Part shown: positions 1-12,910 of the stretch, in pieces
Position numbering within the stretch: position 1 is the stretch's first letter
Layout of the letters: every line of letters begins with the position of its first letter
The notes under the pieces: model-generated
The model's input: the letters and a program-made list of their open reading frames with translations, nothing else
Databases searched by the model: none
Told to the model about the DNA's origin: nothing
From: Phoronis australis
Lineage: Eukaryota; Animalia; Phoronida
Length of the DNA: 64,000 bases
Direction: 5' to 3'
NCBI GenBank assembly: GCA_002633005.1
Contig: NMRA01000075.1
Location: forward strand, 263,863-327,862
Program-made: the position numbers and the translations under genes

Positions 1-1227
1 CTAGTCCAACAATCTAACAGGTGCTGAATAGATGATGAGTCAGTATGGCAGTTCTTCACTTACTTAGCACACAATATGGCAAATTTCTCCACAAACATAA
101 CGGTTTATGAAAATTTTAGCCTATTATTAGTAACATGGTTGTATAGGGTATATGTCGTAAAACTACTTTTGGTAAATATTCCATTATTTGCTGGAGGTAA
201 TCAGCTTTTGTAAAATGGTATAAAAGACAGAAAAATGACATTTTTTGTTGTTGTGCAAAATAAATGGAATTGCTGTTAGCTAATTAACTCTGAAATCAGT
301 TCAGGAATGAATGACATTTGGGTAAACTTCTTTGCTCTGGAGTCTGTTTCATTGAAAATGATTCAAGAATTAAGTCAGAAATTTGGTCTTATGCTCCACG
401 CATTTTTTTCTTAAAAATCATAAAAATCTCACTTTAGTAAAAGCACAAAGTCTCTGAAAGTATACTTTTCCATAACTGCTAGCTACTGACTGAGACAATT
501 TCAAGTGTATACAAATTATTTCTAGGCTGTGACATGCTAACATTTAGAAGCCTGAACCTTTATTCAGCAACTGACCTATCACCAGGATTTTGAGTGAAGT
601 CTTATCTGACCAATTAGAACGCAGCATTCTTGACACCCCTTCGTTTTCAAGCTGCCATTTTACCCGACAAACAACACGTTACCGAGGAAAACTTATTGTT
701 AATTTGTTGACATTTCGCAAGGGGGCCAAGCTTGCGACTGTGAAGTGGGAGACAGCGTAAGATAAAATTTCTGACTTCAGTCTGAACTCAGTTTTCATGA
801 AACAGACTCGTGGTGCTCTTGAAAACAAAGTATATTGCATACCTCAACAGAAACAGAAAATAACACAGGGGACATAATTTCACAAGTTTTTGTACTGTAC
901 TCTTTGTATCACGTGTATCACAGGGTACACACGATTAATCCTTTAAGGAAATTCTGTTTGGAATATTTGAAATGCCTAAATATACGTCTGATGGGACGTT
1001 AGTAACTGTAGTTTGTTTGTAATGCTTGTTTAGTTGATACTGTTCATTTATTAAGCTTATTTTTGTTGCATCTTAGTGCGCTGTACATGCGGGCGAGGCT
1101 GTACATGTCGGGCACTTCGAAGCGTATGTCATTTGCAATTGAACTGTACAATGTATGCCTCGAGGTGAAATACACACGTTTAGTGTTCACTGGAGACTCA
1201 CTTTATTACAAACACATTATTACTTAC

Positions 1228-4200
1228 CATCCATATACTCCGTACATATTGATATCCTGTTCTCAACAAAGAAAGCACCGTAGTAACTGATGATGAATGG
1301 AGAATGGCACTGAAACATACGTTGCATGGGGAAGTTGACATACGTTGTATGGGAAGTTGACATACGTTGTATGGGAAGTTGACATACGTTGTATGGGAAG
1401 TTGACATACGTTGTATGGGAAGTTGACATACGTTGTATGGCAAGTTGGCATACGTTGTATGGGAAGTTGACATAGGTTGTATGGCAAGTTGGCATACGTT
1501 GTATGGGAAGTTGACATACGTTGTATGGCAAGTTGGCATACGTTGTATGGGAAGTTGACATACGTTGTATGGCAAGTTGCCATATGTTGTATGGGGAAGT
1601 TGTTGGCAAGAAATCAATTCAATCATACATTCATTTTCCTAATGAGTTCACTAAATGTTAATTGAGAGAAATTAACAAAAACATTTTACTACAAAATGAC
1701 TAAACTTCCGATCTATTTTTATCTTGATATTCGTTACTCATTCTAATGTTGAAAGACAAGTTTTTGAAAATGAGAATTTAAATTTTTTTTCTGTAAATAA
1801 GCGAAAATTGCGGATATCCCATGCAAAAATTTGGAAGATTGTGTTATGACAGGTCTTGGCCACAAAGAGATTTTCATTAATATTCATTAAGGAATGCATA
1901 CACGATATAACAAACATGCCAGATAAGTTGATAAGCATTCATATATTCCTAAGTGAAGCTCTTGTGGACAAGGCTGCTGTGTTTCTTAGACTTTCTTCAT
2001 TTTTCCATTATAATAATAATTTTATTCATGAATCTCAGACAGATTAGTGCTGAAACAAGGTTTGCCATAAAGTGAGGTTTGCCATTTAATAGTATGTCAT
2101 GAATGATGAATCCCCCTATAAACGTGTGGCTTGCAACTAATTTTTAATACACATTTGCTCACCCTATATAAGATTTCTAGTTCAGAGATGATCTGTTTTT
2201 GCATTGCTGGAGAGACATCTAGTGGCACAACCTTGACCGCCATTATTTTGGTGGAAGGTTTATGCAGGGCCCTGAAAACACAGAATTGATGAATGTTTAC
2301 AAAATTATTGCAAGAGATTTGGGGTATAAACAAGAAGCAGTGAACAAACAAGGGGGATAATTTGAAATGCAGTTAAGTGGTTAATTCCTACCTGTAGACA
2401 GTGCCGCCGTTGCCAGAACCAATGATTTCTAAAAGTTTTAGGTCAGCATCTGTGATATTGCCCACCTGTAGGATCTGTCCTATATCACGCTGTGGAGGAG
2501 TCCTGAATGGAAAATTAACAATTAAATTGACAACGATCCGACAAATTGAACACAATGTGTGCTGCTGAAGAAAATGTAAAGAAAATGTACAATGATCAGT
2601 GCAGCACACCCGTATCACAGCAAAACGGGAAATTACAATGAATAGTGGAATGAATAAAAACTGTCAAGAAGAAGGACGATGGTTTTGCCACACCCAGAAG
2701 TACAGCAGATTGTGCCCTCTTCAGTATTCACTCAGACATTACCACTCAAACCCATGAGAGCCATTCATCAAGGGTAGGGTGGTTGTTATCTTAATATTTT
2801 TTCATTACTCCCAGTGTAAACAGGATGTTTTGAAATTTCTAAAGCATAATTATGAAGATATTAATACAACTGGGAGTTGTTTTCAATTTGTTTGATTTCA
2901 TTCTGCTCTGGATGATCGGCATCCCAGAATCCACTGTAATTTGAAGTATCTGTCTATCTGTGAAAAATCTAAAGGACTGTTGCCAATAGAAATCAGATCT
3001 CCTTAGTCCTGGAGTTAGGAAAATGCATCATTAAAATGGTCTCGTTTTAAAAATGGTGGCTCGACTATAGGAATCTTGTCATAAAATATCGCATAAACAA
3101 ATATTTATCACGTTATCCAATTTGTGCAGTCGCAGCACAGCAACAAAAACTTCGCTGATATTGAAAGGTCGAATACAGTTAATGCAGTCGAGAACAACTT
3201 GAAATAAGCAAGGCACAAACAAATAACATGAGCAACTCTAATGGCATGAAAATGAGGCTAGAGAATTGCTTGACAGACACTGCAGCATTGTAACTAAATA
3301 CTGCGTGACTCAAGTGCTGCTGTGTAATCTGAGATGGCCCTATTGTTCTCAATATCAACTCCTTTGTTATGAGGATATTTAGCCAATGAGAAAGCAAAAC
3401 TCTCAGAAACAAACAGCCATCGCAATTCTTCCCAAAACAGGTAGATTAAAATTAAAGTGTCGGGCTGAGCAAGTCAGTTGCAGTGGGAAAGCTTAAATCC
3501 CCTCAGATGAGAGTAATCACTAGAGGTCGCCACATGCAGCACACATATTCAATCAAGCATGTGAATCAACTTTGCCATCTGCTTTTTAATCCAGAGAACC
3601 AGCAATAACTCTCATGTTGCTTGCCAGAGAGGAGTGGGAAATGTAAGGGGAGACGTGACGAAGTTTTGATAGATACCAAATGATTGTCCCACTCTCTCTG
3701 GCTTGAGGTAGCTGAGTTGGCAGCCACCTTGTGACGTGTTGTGGCCAAGGGGTGTGTCACGTCTGATGTTAAACGGGCTGTGAACCTGCCTTCTGCCCAA
3801 AAAGTAATTCGATGGTAAACCATTTAAATCAGAATTAGTTTATTTGACAGAAAGACGGCTTATAGCAGCTTTAAATTTAGTTTCACTCATTCCTTCCGTG
3901 CCAGACAACATACATTGTTGTGATGTGGCAGCTCAATACCGACAAGAGGAAGTTCAAGGCTTGTAATGGCCAATGACAAAAAAGAGGAAAATTTTCCAGG
4001 TGACCTATCTTTCTAAAAATAAATAGGCTTATGTGATATTTTTTGGGATACATATTTCCTGCGTTGTCACATTTAATTGCAAGAAACATTTTTTTACACG
4101 AAAGAGACAAAAAAAGGAAACTGGAAATCACATACGAGGAAATTGAAAGCAAAAAGAGGAAATCCTCTTAAAAGAGTAAAAGTACGTGCCCAGGAAGTTG

Positions 4201-7200
4201 GCCAAAGTTCGAATAATGTCTGCGGATGCACCATGTGATTAATGTAGGTGCTGAGGAGCACTGTCCAATGCTGTCTGGTCCCACATTCATACATACCTTG
4301 TTTGTTGTTGCACAACATGTTGACTGGCTGCCGCTGCTTGATTTTTGCTCTTTGTAGCAACCTGCGAACAGAATATACTTGTTAATAAATGTTTAATACA
4401 ATATGCAAATTTGAAATGGTAAGCGGAGCACAATGGCCTAGTCATTAAAACACTGAAATATAGTTACGTGTCTTAGTTCAGCATTCAGATTTTTTTCTCA
4501 GTACTGTTAAGATCATGGTGGTTTTCCATTTTCATAAAAATGACGATGGAATTGCCTTATTTTTACGCTTCTGGGTTATCCTGCATTTTGGTTTACATTT
4601 AACTTGCTGCAAGCCATGTTTAGTGTTCTCAAAATTCAACTTTTATGGAGTTGAATTTTATGAATGCATAGGCACTACATAACTTTAGAGGGTATTTTTA
4701 ACACACGCAAAGATTTAAGAAACGGTAAGATTAAAAAGACCTTACAAAATAACAGCAAGAGTCCAAAGAATAGCAAACTAATCCTAAATCATCAGAATGA
4801 GATATTATATACCGTAAAAATCTACAGCTTGAGATAGTCTCTAAAATTTGGGACATGGGCAAATTTGGCGTCAGTCATATTTCTCAAATACTGTACATTG
4901 CATTATTGCATTTTGTACCAGCAGTTCATAAAATCGCTGTCAATAGTCATAGGGGCAACGTTTTTGTGCGCCTCCATAGCACAAAACATTTGTGGATTAC
5001 TGTAATTCTTAAGGCCTTAATTTACCAATTTCACAAGAGAATTAATTTTCACTGTCTCAGTAACAGTCGCATTTTGATAACCAGTTTTCTCCACAGAACA
5101 GGGCTTGGAATGACCAATGACAAAAAACGCGGAAACTTTGAAGGCCCAAATCATGCGCGCTATCCAGCCTTGAAATGGTCGATGTGAACCTTTCCCCGAC
5201 ATAATTCGGGAGGACTAAAAAAAAAAAAACCTTACCACCATCAGTAGCTTGCGTCTGCGTCCCTTTAGCTCGTCCGTCCACTCCCAACCCACACATTTTT
5301 GGCTGCAGAGCTGTAGTATTTGTCGCCGCGGTTTACAATAACACGAGAAGCCATTGAAAATCCCACCACGCTATCCCAGATGCCTCAGCAATGTTGACAA
5401 TTTACATTCCTCCAAAACATAAAGAGCAACTTCCGCTTTTCGAGGTGAACGTCGGCTGCGGTAAGAAAGGAATTTGACGCGGAAATTTTATATCAAATCT
5501 GATTTTTTTAAGCGGAAATATAATAAAATACGCGGACAGAACATTTGAAAAAAGCGGAAATCCGTGTTTCTGCGGAAAATTCCAAGCCCTGACAGAATAA
5601 CGTACATCAAACTGGTTCTCAAAATGGGGCGCGTTATAATCAAATATTGCCGTAAGCCACAATGCATATCAACATTACAATGCCAATGCCAGTCTCCAGC
5701 TGACAAATTGCTTATGGTTCCGGTTTTTGGCTGCAAAAGCAAAAAGACAAGAAATATCTCAACCTGTTTCCCCACATTACAAGATACCTAAGTTGAAGGC
5801 GGAAATTTCCATGCATAAGAAAGATGTCCCTTACCTTCAGATGATGTATGTTCTTCTCGGGTTTAGTCAATGACTTAGGATAAATGATTAAGGGAGGAAG
5901 ATAATTGCCTTCCAAATACAGTTGATTATTGGCACCAAAAAACTAAAACAACAAAAATAAGAACACGAAAATTAGAACACAACCTATCCTCCTTTTGTTG
6001 CAGAGTGCGATAAGATTGGTAATAAAACAGAGGCTATAGCAATAACCCTAATTAGCGCTAAAACATGAGCACCACAATTATACAACCACAAAGCACCTAT
6101 TAAGAATTTGTTTGCAGTATCCGGTGATGGAAATCTAAGGCAGCTGTAGCAGGATGACATGTGGATTTTTTCTCCATACTTACAGTAATTCTCCGTATAT
6201 TTCGCACAAAACAATAATTATTTTTTCATTTTTCTAAGTCTGATTACCTGTTTGCTAAAAAAGAGAGTTTCACCAAATGCTGTTTGATGATATCTACACA
6301 CGAGAATCCATACTTGTAATAACCATTCTTCACTTTTGTGGAGAAATTTAACACAACAAAATTTCAGATGTCAGTCATGTGTGCTAAATAAGTGTCAGAG
6401 GAATTACCGTAAGTCTTCTGATATCAATTCTGATTGGTCAAAACATCAGTATGTAAATAAACAATGCCACTTAGTATCACAGGCAAAAATGGCTATATAT
6501 GACATTTACTGCAGTAACCAGACACGAGTGGATCACACACTCTCATCAGCAGAACATTAAGCCAGACTTATAGGTTACATTGAATTTAACATACAGAGTT
6601 AAGCATTGCAAACAGCTCGTCATCACTGCGCACAGTCACCCTGTCTCCATCTTCATCTTCATCTGGAATAAAACACACAGAGCATTACTAACACTTACTT
6701 AACATGTTTTCCCACCAAAACAAGTGAGTCGAATCAGAGATGGGGGGAATTGGCTACATTACAAGCAGCTTTGGTTGAACTTTTCAGCTGCAGTTCAAAT
6801 TGCTTTGTTACTGCGACAAGCATTTAATGAAAAATATGATTATTAATTGAATGGATGTTATTTAAAGACCATGACAAGACTTACAGTCAAAGGCTGTCAC
6901 TGACTGATGCGGCAGAACCCTCGATATGAACTCCTGGAAAAGAGGTTAAAGTTCAAAATAAGACGGTCAAATCAGATGATTGGTATTTTTTGTAAAATAC
7001 TTTTAAAAACACACACCAGAATCTATTATGTTTATTGACCTTAGTGTTAAAACTAAAAACGTGATCAATGAGAAATTCATATTCAGTATGACTGATCACC
7101 AGTACAAGACAACAATAGCAATGTTTTGGATCAGGACTATTGAATAACAGACTTAAAAAAATATATTCATCATCATGTCATTAGCATACATAATTGTGTT

Positions 7201-8331
7201 ACCATGCCTCCTCGTCATATGAAGCATAGGCTACACTAGATTGACTTCGCCGGTTCTGGATGATCAACCCACTAGGACATCTGATTGATTCTCGATGACC
7301 ACTTCCAGCAAACAGACCAATCAGATGTCTAATTAGCTACTTGACTCGGAGGATCTGGCGAAGGAGATCAAGTACAGCCATTTTTTCCTGTGATGCAAAG
7401 TGGCATACACTGCACTTCACTTCCCTGATTATGCCAGATTAACTGGTTGTGACATCTGACTGGTTCTTGACGGCAACTTTTGGCTTTTAGGCCAATCAGA
7501 TGCTTTAAACAGTTGACCTGGCAAAGTCAATCAAGTGCTGTCATTGTAAGGAGAGAAAATAAAAGTTATCGATTTCATATTATTTTTAAAGATACAGATT
7601 TGTTTACATTCTGCAATTTAGAACACAGGGCTGAGGGGTGAGTTTCATCAATCGAAAGATATCACAAAAATATAAACATTTCATAACTTTCAGCCCTATT
7701 TGTTTATGACTCGTTTTACTATTATTTTTTATTCTTTTCAAAGTGGGCAGGGTTTCTGTGGAAACCTCATAACGTATGGCAGCAGTTGAGTGAGTACTCA
7801 CAATGCAAGAGTCAGCTGTCACTCACTATTTACAGCCATTTTAGGTGGTGTATCACCAAAAAATGAAATTAAACTAATCAGTTAAGTTTGAAAATATTTG
7901 AATTTGCCTTGAATGACTGTTATTTGGCCTTACTTTTCAACTGAATTAGATTAGGTTCAAATCCGTTTTAATAATTTTGTAACTAAAATCTAGTAATTAA
8001 AATGAAACGTAAAGAGTATCTTTAATTAATTAATGAGAATCAATGAGTAATTGAACAACCAGTTTAACTTCATCAAGTTTCAGACTTCAAGTGTTGCTAC
8101 ACATAACTGGATTTTTCTGAAAATAAGAAACCCGATCTTAGTCGTAGATAAGACTTAGAAAAGATTTTCGTAAAAATCCAATTAGTAATCATTGGTAGGC
8201 CTAGATCATGTGTGTATCGGAAGTTTACTTACGAGCGCTCCCTGGAAAGTAAAGTGATCAGGAGTGACAGTCCAATCCACATATTCACCATCCTCCGTGT
8301 GTATCTGAATGGTGAGCACCAAAGACTCCAT
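1228..8331 (-). CDS. MAP2K5: Dual-specificity MAP kinase kinase 5 (MEK5): PB1 domain plus N-terminal part of the kinase domain; 3' exons not found in the window
   Basis: Spliced by hand with GT-AG introns and consistent phases: 8331-8233 (MESLVLTIQIHTEDGEYVDWTVTPDHFTFQGAL), 6933-6885 (EFISRVLPHQSVTAFD), 6662-6595 (YEDEDGDRVTVRSDDELFAML, PB1 acidic OPCA motif), 5942-5835 (LPPLIIYPK..EKNIHHLK), 4361-4297, 2502-2392 (IGSGNGGTVYR glycine loop), 2271-2163 (MAVKVVPLD..QKQIISELEILYR), 1309-1228 (CHSPFIISYYGAFFVENRISICTEYMDG). PB1 fused to a MAP2K kinase domain is diagnostic of MEK5. No further exon recognised in 1-1227. Confidence 0.95.
1313..1601. repeat. 22-bp minisatellite, about 13 copies (CATACGTTGTATGG[G/C]AAGTTG[A/G])
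   Basis: Directly visible tandem units. They start immediately at the MAP2K5 acceptor (1310-1312) and generate the repetitive ORFs at 1198-1626. Confidence 0.97.
5058..5652. repeat. Palindromic mini-element of about 110 bp, split by the MITE insertion
   Basis: 5058-5098 joined to 5598-5652 aligns by eye to the reverse complement of 36227-36336 (CATTTTGA.AACCAGT.TTCTCCAC.GAA...TGGTTCTCAAAA...GTTATA...TATTGCC). Confidence 0.75.
5099..5591 (+). mobile_element. Non-autonomous TIR element (MITE), hAT-like ends, 6-bp TSD; copy A
   Basis: TIRs CAGGGCTTGGAAT...ATTCCAAGCCCTG, flanked by ACAGAA on both sides. A closely similar inverted copy lies at 36345-36859. Confidence 0.9.
7230..7540. repeat. Two adjacent, related, degenerate palindromic (MITE-like) units in MAP2K5 intron 1
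   Basis: Each unit of about 140 bp has inner arms GACATCTGA[T/C]TG...CAATCAGATG and degenerate outer arms (TTGACTTCGCC...GGCGAAG / GGCAAAGTCAA). Confidence 0.5.
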
Positions 8332-8987
8332 ACTTTGGACTTGTTTGTTAAAACAAAATCATCTTTCTCGGGAGTGGAAAGTACGGAAAATGTTTTGATA
8401 TAGTGTACTTCAGAAATAGCAAACTTAGTCAGTTAACACAGGACGGTCCGAACACACATTTCAATATCTCTCCAATTAAGAAATTAAGCCAAGAAAAAGA
8501 TGGTGGACTTTCCATGCTTAATTTTTTACAAGAAAAGTAGATGATTTTTTGTCTTGAACCAACACGTGGTGTGATTAGATATACATTAATTTTAATAAAA
8601 AAACGATTTCCCAACCAATTCAAGCGTAAGTCTAGAAAACAAAACGGAAAATAATATAGATTTAATCAAACTGATCGTGAAATGTGCAAATAACAGCTCA
8701 CTTAAAAGAGCTTTTGGCTATCGAACATTTAAAGCGGCTAATTTTGGCTAAGTTTGCCAACCATGTAATAGCTTCGTTTCTCCAAGGATATTTGCACAGT
8801 TCTTGATGACGTCATGAAAAATGTGCACAAATTTGGAGATTTAAACGGCGTCAACCACCTGTCAACATCGATATCGTATTGATCAAATTTCTAACTTGGA
8901 ATTATGATCTAAAATTACCGGCGACCGTTCGAGAAATGATATTCAAGTTGGCACGAAGCTGTTTGGAACTTGATTATTAAAGAAGAT
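8332..8987. promoter_or_regulatory. Putative bidirectional promoter and 5' UTR region between MAP2K5 and the laminin gene
   Basis: Only 656 bp separate the divergent ATGs (8331 minus, 8988 plus). The interval contains a CRE palindrome TGACGTCA (8807-8814) and an E-box CACGTG (8563-8568). Transcription start sites are unknown. Confidence 0.6.
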
Positions 8988-11900
8988 ATGTTTTCCGGGA
9001 CAAAAATGTCCAATTTGGTGGCAATTTTGTTGATGTTGATCGGCAGTTCGATTTGGTTGTCGATTGTTGGCGCTGTGCCTGTTGACGTTGCTTCGGGGAA
9101 ACCGATTTTTGCGAAATACACTTGTGGTCATTTCGGAAACGAAGACTTCTTTCTCTTATCTCAGCAGTATGAAGATGTTCGGACACCCAGTAAGTTAAAA
9201 TATTCACGTTTATCTGCAGTCTCGTTTTGAATTGAAACGCATTCGCGACCGTCGCCTAATTGCTATTCTCCAATTCTAATGAAATAATTTAATAATATAT
9301 GCAATTGGTCAAATAAATCTCATGATCCTGCTTGAATTGGAGTTTCATCCAGTAATGGGTCACTTATTCAGAGGTTGCCTGGTTCTCTAAATAAATCACG
9401 AACCATTAATTATTCAATCAGTACCAAAAACAAAAACCTTATTTCTATAAAAATATTAGTCTCATGATATTCCTTGCTGTAACAGGATTACATTTCGGTT
9501 ACAAACTCAAGTTACAGGCACCTATGTCATTTTGGATTTCGTAATTTTAGTAAATGGCCAACCCCAATTAATTCTGAAGCGTTTTCTTTAGTTGCTGATG
9601 GTTTTGATTTTCTTGGTAGAAATTGAATCCTATCACGGTAAGGAATCAGAGTTAATATTACGAGTGTGATTTTAGAAAAGGAGAAGGTAATTCGAATTTA
9701 GTTTTTCAGTCCATGCAGCTAAATATGACAAAATATAGTTTTAAATAAAACAAAATAGACGCTCAGATCTTTTTCATATTGGAATTTGTGTTTAGAAATT
9801 GATGTACAAGTGAACAGTACAAATATGTTGTAAGTATCTAAACTTATATTGAAAATACATACTATATGCTTATAATACTAATAATTAGTTTTGTTTGGTT
9901 CTACAAATTTTCTGTTATCTAAATTTGTACGGTTGAACCACTGTGTTCCAGTTACATAGTATGTGTCTCACTCAAACAATATATCTCTCAATTTTTTCAG
10001 AGGTCTGTTCGCAGGCTAATGCTGGTGACTATGGACCAAGCAAAATGAACGACCAAGATAATTCAACATTCTGGGAAAGTGCTGAGTTGTATACTATAGC
10101 CAGTCAAGACTCTTCCTTTGCCTTTCCAAACCCAGAAGTTATGATCGAGTTAGATTTGGAACAGGTAAAACAAGATTTATATTTCACCTAATTCATGACT
10201 AATTGGATAGTGCCATCCAATGGTATGCTGTATCTGGGATATTACGTTGGTGGTGACTGCACCAGGCTAGTGACCGTGGGGAATTGTTAGGTTTGTGACG
10301 ATTTGGTAAGAAGCGTCAGGTGGTAAGTGGTTAACATCGGAGTATTTCAATGCTTTCTGTAAATTTTAGTCTTCCTTCAAGCATGATGAGTGAAATTTAC
10401 ATTGAATATGGAACTTTATTTCTTACAATAATTGTGTTTTAAGATGATTTCTATGACCTTTTTAAATAAATAAAATTGAAGTAGAAACAGTTTTGAGTCA
10501 CTGGGGGTAATGGTCATTTAATTAATACCAAGTTGAAGCAAAGAGCCAACGTTTTGTTTCCTTTACCATTTTCTATAAATTTTAAAGAAAACCTCAATGA
10601 GTAAAGAATGCATTCTAGTAAAGAAAATTTGACTTCAAAACATGTCACATTCTACTTCTTTACAGATATTCTCTGTTCAGAGAATCACAATCCAAATGGG
10701 TGATTCGAACACGCCTACTGCTCTGTCAATCCAGAAATCAACAGATAACGTGACTTTTGTTGACTGGATCCACATGGTTGACTACAGATACAAATGTCAA
10801 TCAAAGTAAGAACTGTAAAATGCTATCGAAGTTAGGCTTTAGTTACCATTCCGTTTCGGAAGTGACACCTAATTGTAAAGGAATTTTGTCATAAGCGGTA
10901 CGTTTTTTCCCGAAAGTGGTAATTAAAAAGTAATCGTGAGAGGTGCTTCCTGTATACCTTTTCCGTGTGTACGTGTGATTGATTTGGGTTCTATTCTTAA
11001 CACATTTCTGGTCAATGGCTTTTGAATGTCAATCTCTTGAAGAGCTCTACCTCTTATGTCTGGCGGAAAACGTACTACCAATAAACATATAAAGCAAAAC
11101 AATATAACATACCTTAGATGTGTGGTATGGTTGGAGTTGAGTGCCTGGTCTTCAAGTTAACACAGTGACTGAGGGCAATGTAGGTGGCGTGACAAGTCTT
11201 GTCTCTAGAGATAGCATTAATTACCACACAGCACCAGTGCTGGGTTTAGACGTAAAATGACAACATGGAGTAATGTTAGACCTGGAAGGAAAGATCTAAC
11301 GAATCAGACAATATGGTTTAGTTTGTATTACTTTTCAAATTGGGTGATGTTGAAGATGTCAAAAATTGACTTTTGATTTTGTTACAATTCATGCAATTAG
11401 ATGTAGCACTTGATAATCATGTGTACCTCATGTTTGTCACATAGGTTTACAGTGGACTATAAAACCATCCCAGACAATTTGAATGACGTCATCTGCACTG
11501 AGGGTGCTGGCAACACATTTCTGTTCAGTGATGAACAGGGGAGTAAGGTAAGAAGACCTTTACATTGCATTGCAAATAACTCCAAATGCCGCAGTAGGGA
11601 TTGCTGCGGTGCCAAAGTGATTACGTAGGCTGGATGGTAATCACGAACTTGACCTTAAACGGAAAGAACACCGAAATACAATTTACTCAATATATGTAAC
11701 ACTGTCGTGTCAAACGAGCTTTAAATCATAATTCATAAATCTTTGGATTGGATTCGACAGGTTAAACTATATTTTATTAACGTTTTGCTTTTCAGCTTGA
11801 AATAGACGCCATGAGCTTGTACCCATTGTCGCTGAAGGTGCGTAGAATTTTTATTCTAATTTGTTGAATGTTATTGTTGGTGTGATCAATACATAGCTGT

Positions 11901-12910
11901 TGTAGTGGAATAAGTAAAGCTGAAATTTATTTTTGAAATCTCAAGAAGTTGGCACCTCATGGCAATGTAAGTAGTGTGGACAGTTGGGTGAGTAAGCCGT
12001 ATGTTGTGTTTTTAACAATACTGTAAATTTACTAAAGACATTTTCTTCACCTGCTTCCAAACATCCTGACATTTTCATACAGAAATTTCATAGCTGTGCA
12101 GCACTGAATTACGATACATTACTAATTTAAAAATGGATCCGTTAAAGGGGGTTATGAAAATTAAATGTCTTGTCATGACAAAACATTCACTTTTTGAGAA
12201 ATGTTTTGTTGTCAATGTACAAAGACATAATGTTCTCAATTCCCTCATATAAAAATTGTCAAATACTTTCCTTGCCTGTTTTGGTGTATGATAGGTGGTG
12301 AAAATGATAGATCAGAACAATGAAGAATTGTTGGTTTTCATTCTTCTCTATGTGTTCTGCAGGAATGGAAAATGGTGCGATACCTAAGAATTTTCTTCCA
12401 CGACATGCAAGACCGACTGACTATGCGTAACTTTGACGAGAAATTTGTAAGTATTCGTTGCATTGTTTTCCCGACAAGTTGAAAATTTTGCTGTAGGTGC
12501 TAATGGAACATTACTTGGAGACTGCAGCAAAACTTTGTTGAAGAAATAGTTGATTATCTACGTGCACACCATGAACACTGTAAAATGTAATAGGTTATGT
12601 GACATCATTTATCATGAACATTTGGGAAACGTTTTCAAAATATTGAAATATATTCATACCACAATCATGTTCTTTTGTGAATTTTTCCGATTTTGTAGTA
12701 TAATTATAGGTGAAAATGCAGGTTTTCTGAAATTTTGCTAATGGGGCGCAGAAATTTTGACTTTCAGGTTATTTTTTATTAATTAAATTTGTCCTGTCGT
12801 TCTGTAAACTAGGTTTCCTGGTGATGTGGTTTTGCTGTTAATTACCAGACTTGTATTATCTTCTGCAATAGGACCATTATTCAGTAACATCTCTTGAGGT
12901 CTGGGCTGAA
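8988..12910 (+). CDS. Laminin gene: signal peptide and laminin N-terminal (LN) domain, exons 1-7
   Basis: [21 protein letters not shown] signal peptide, followed by LN landmarks [41 protein letters not shown] and [12 protein letters not shown]. Confidence 0.85.

Noticed and set aside
560-620. Minus-strand SLKIL peptide resembling the next MEK5 exon (WSLKILHRD)
   Set aside because: HRD does not follow, there are no suitable splice sites, and the intervening GSLD exon is absent.
1313-1601. CRISPR-like array
   Set aside because: The units are contiguous with no unique spacers, the context is a eukaryotic intron, and there are no cas genes.
1198-1665. Repetitive ORFs in all three minus frames and one plus frame
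   Set aside because: They are artefacts of the stop-free 22-bp minisatellite; only 1228-1309 is a real exon.
9796-9829. Possible 34-nt laminin micro-exon (TTTAG...GTAAGT)
   Set aside because: Including it shifts the frame and gives a stop in the next exon; exon 1 splices in frame directly to 10001.
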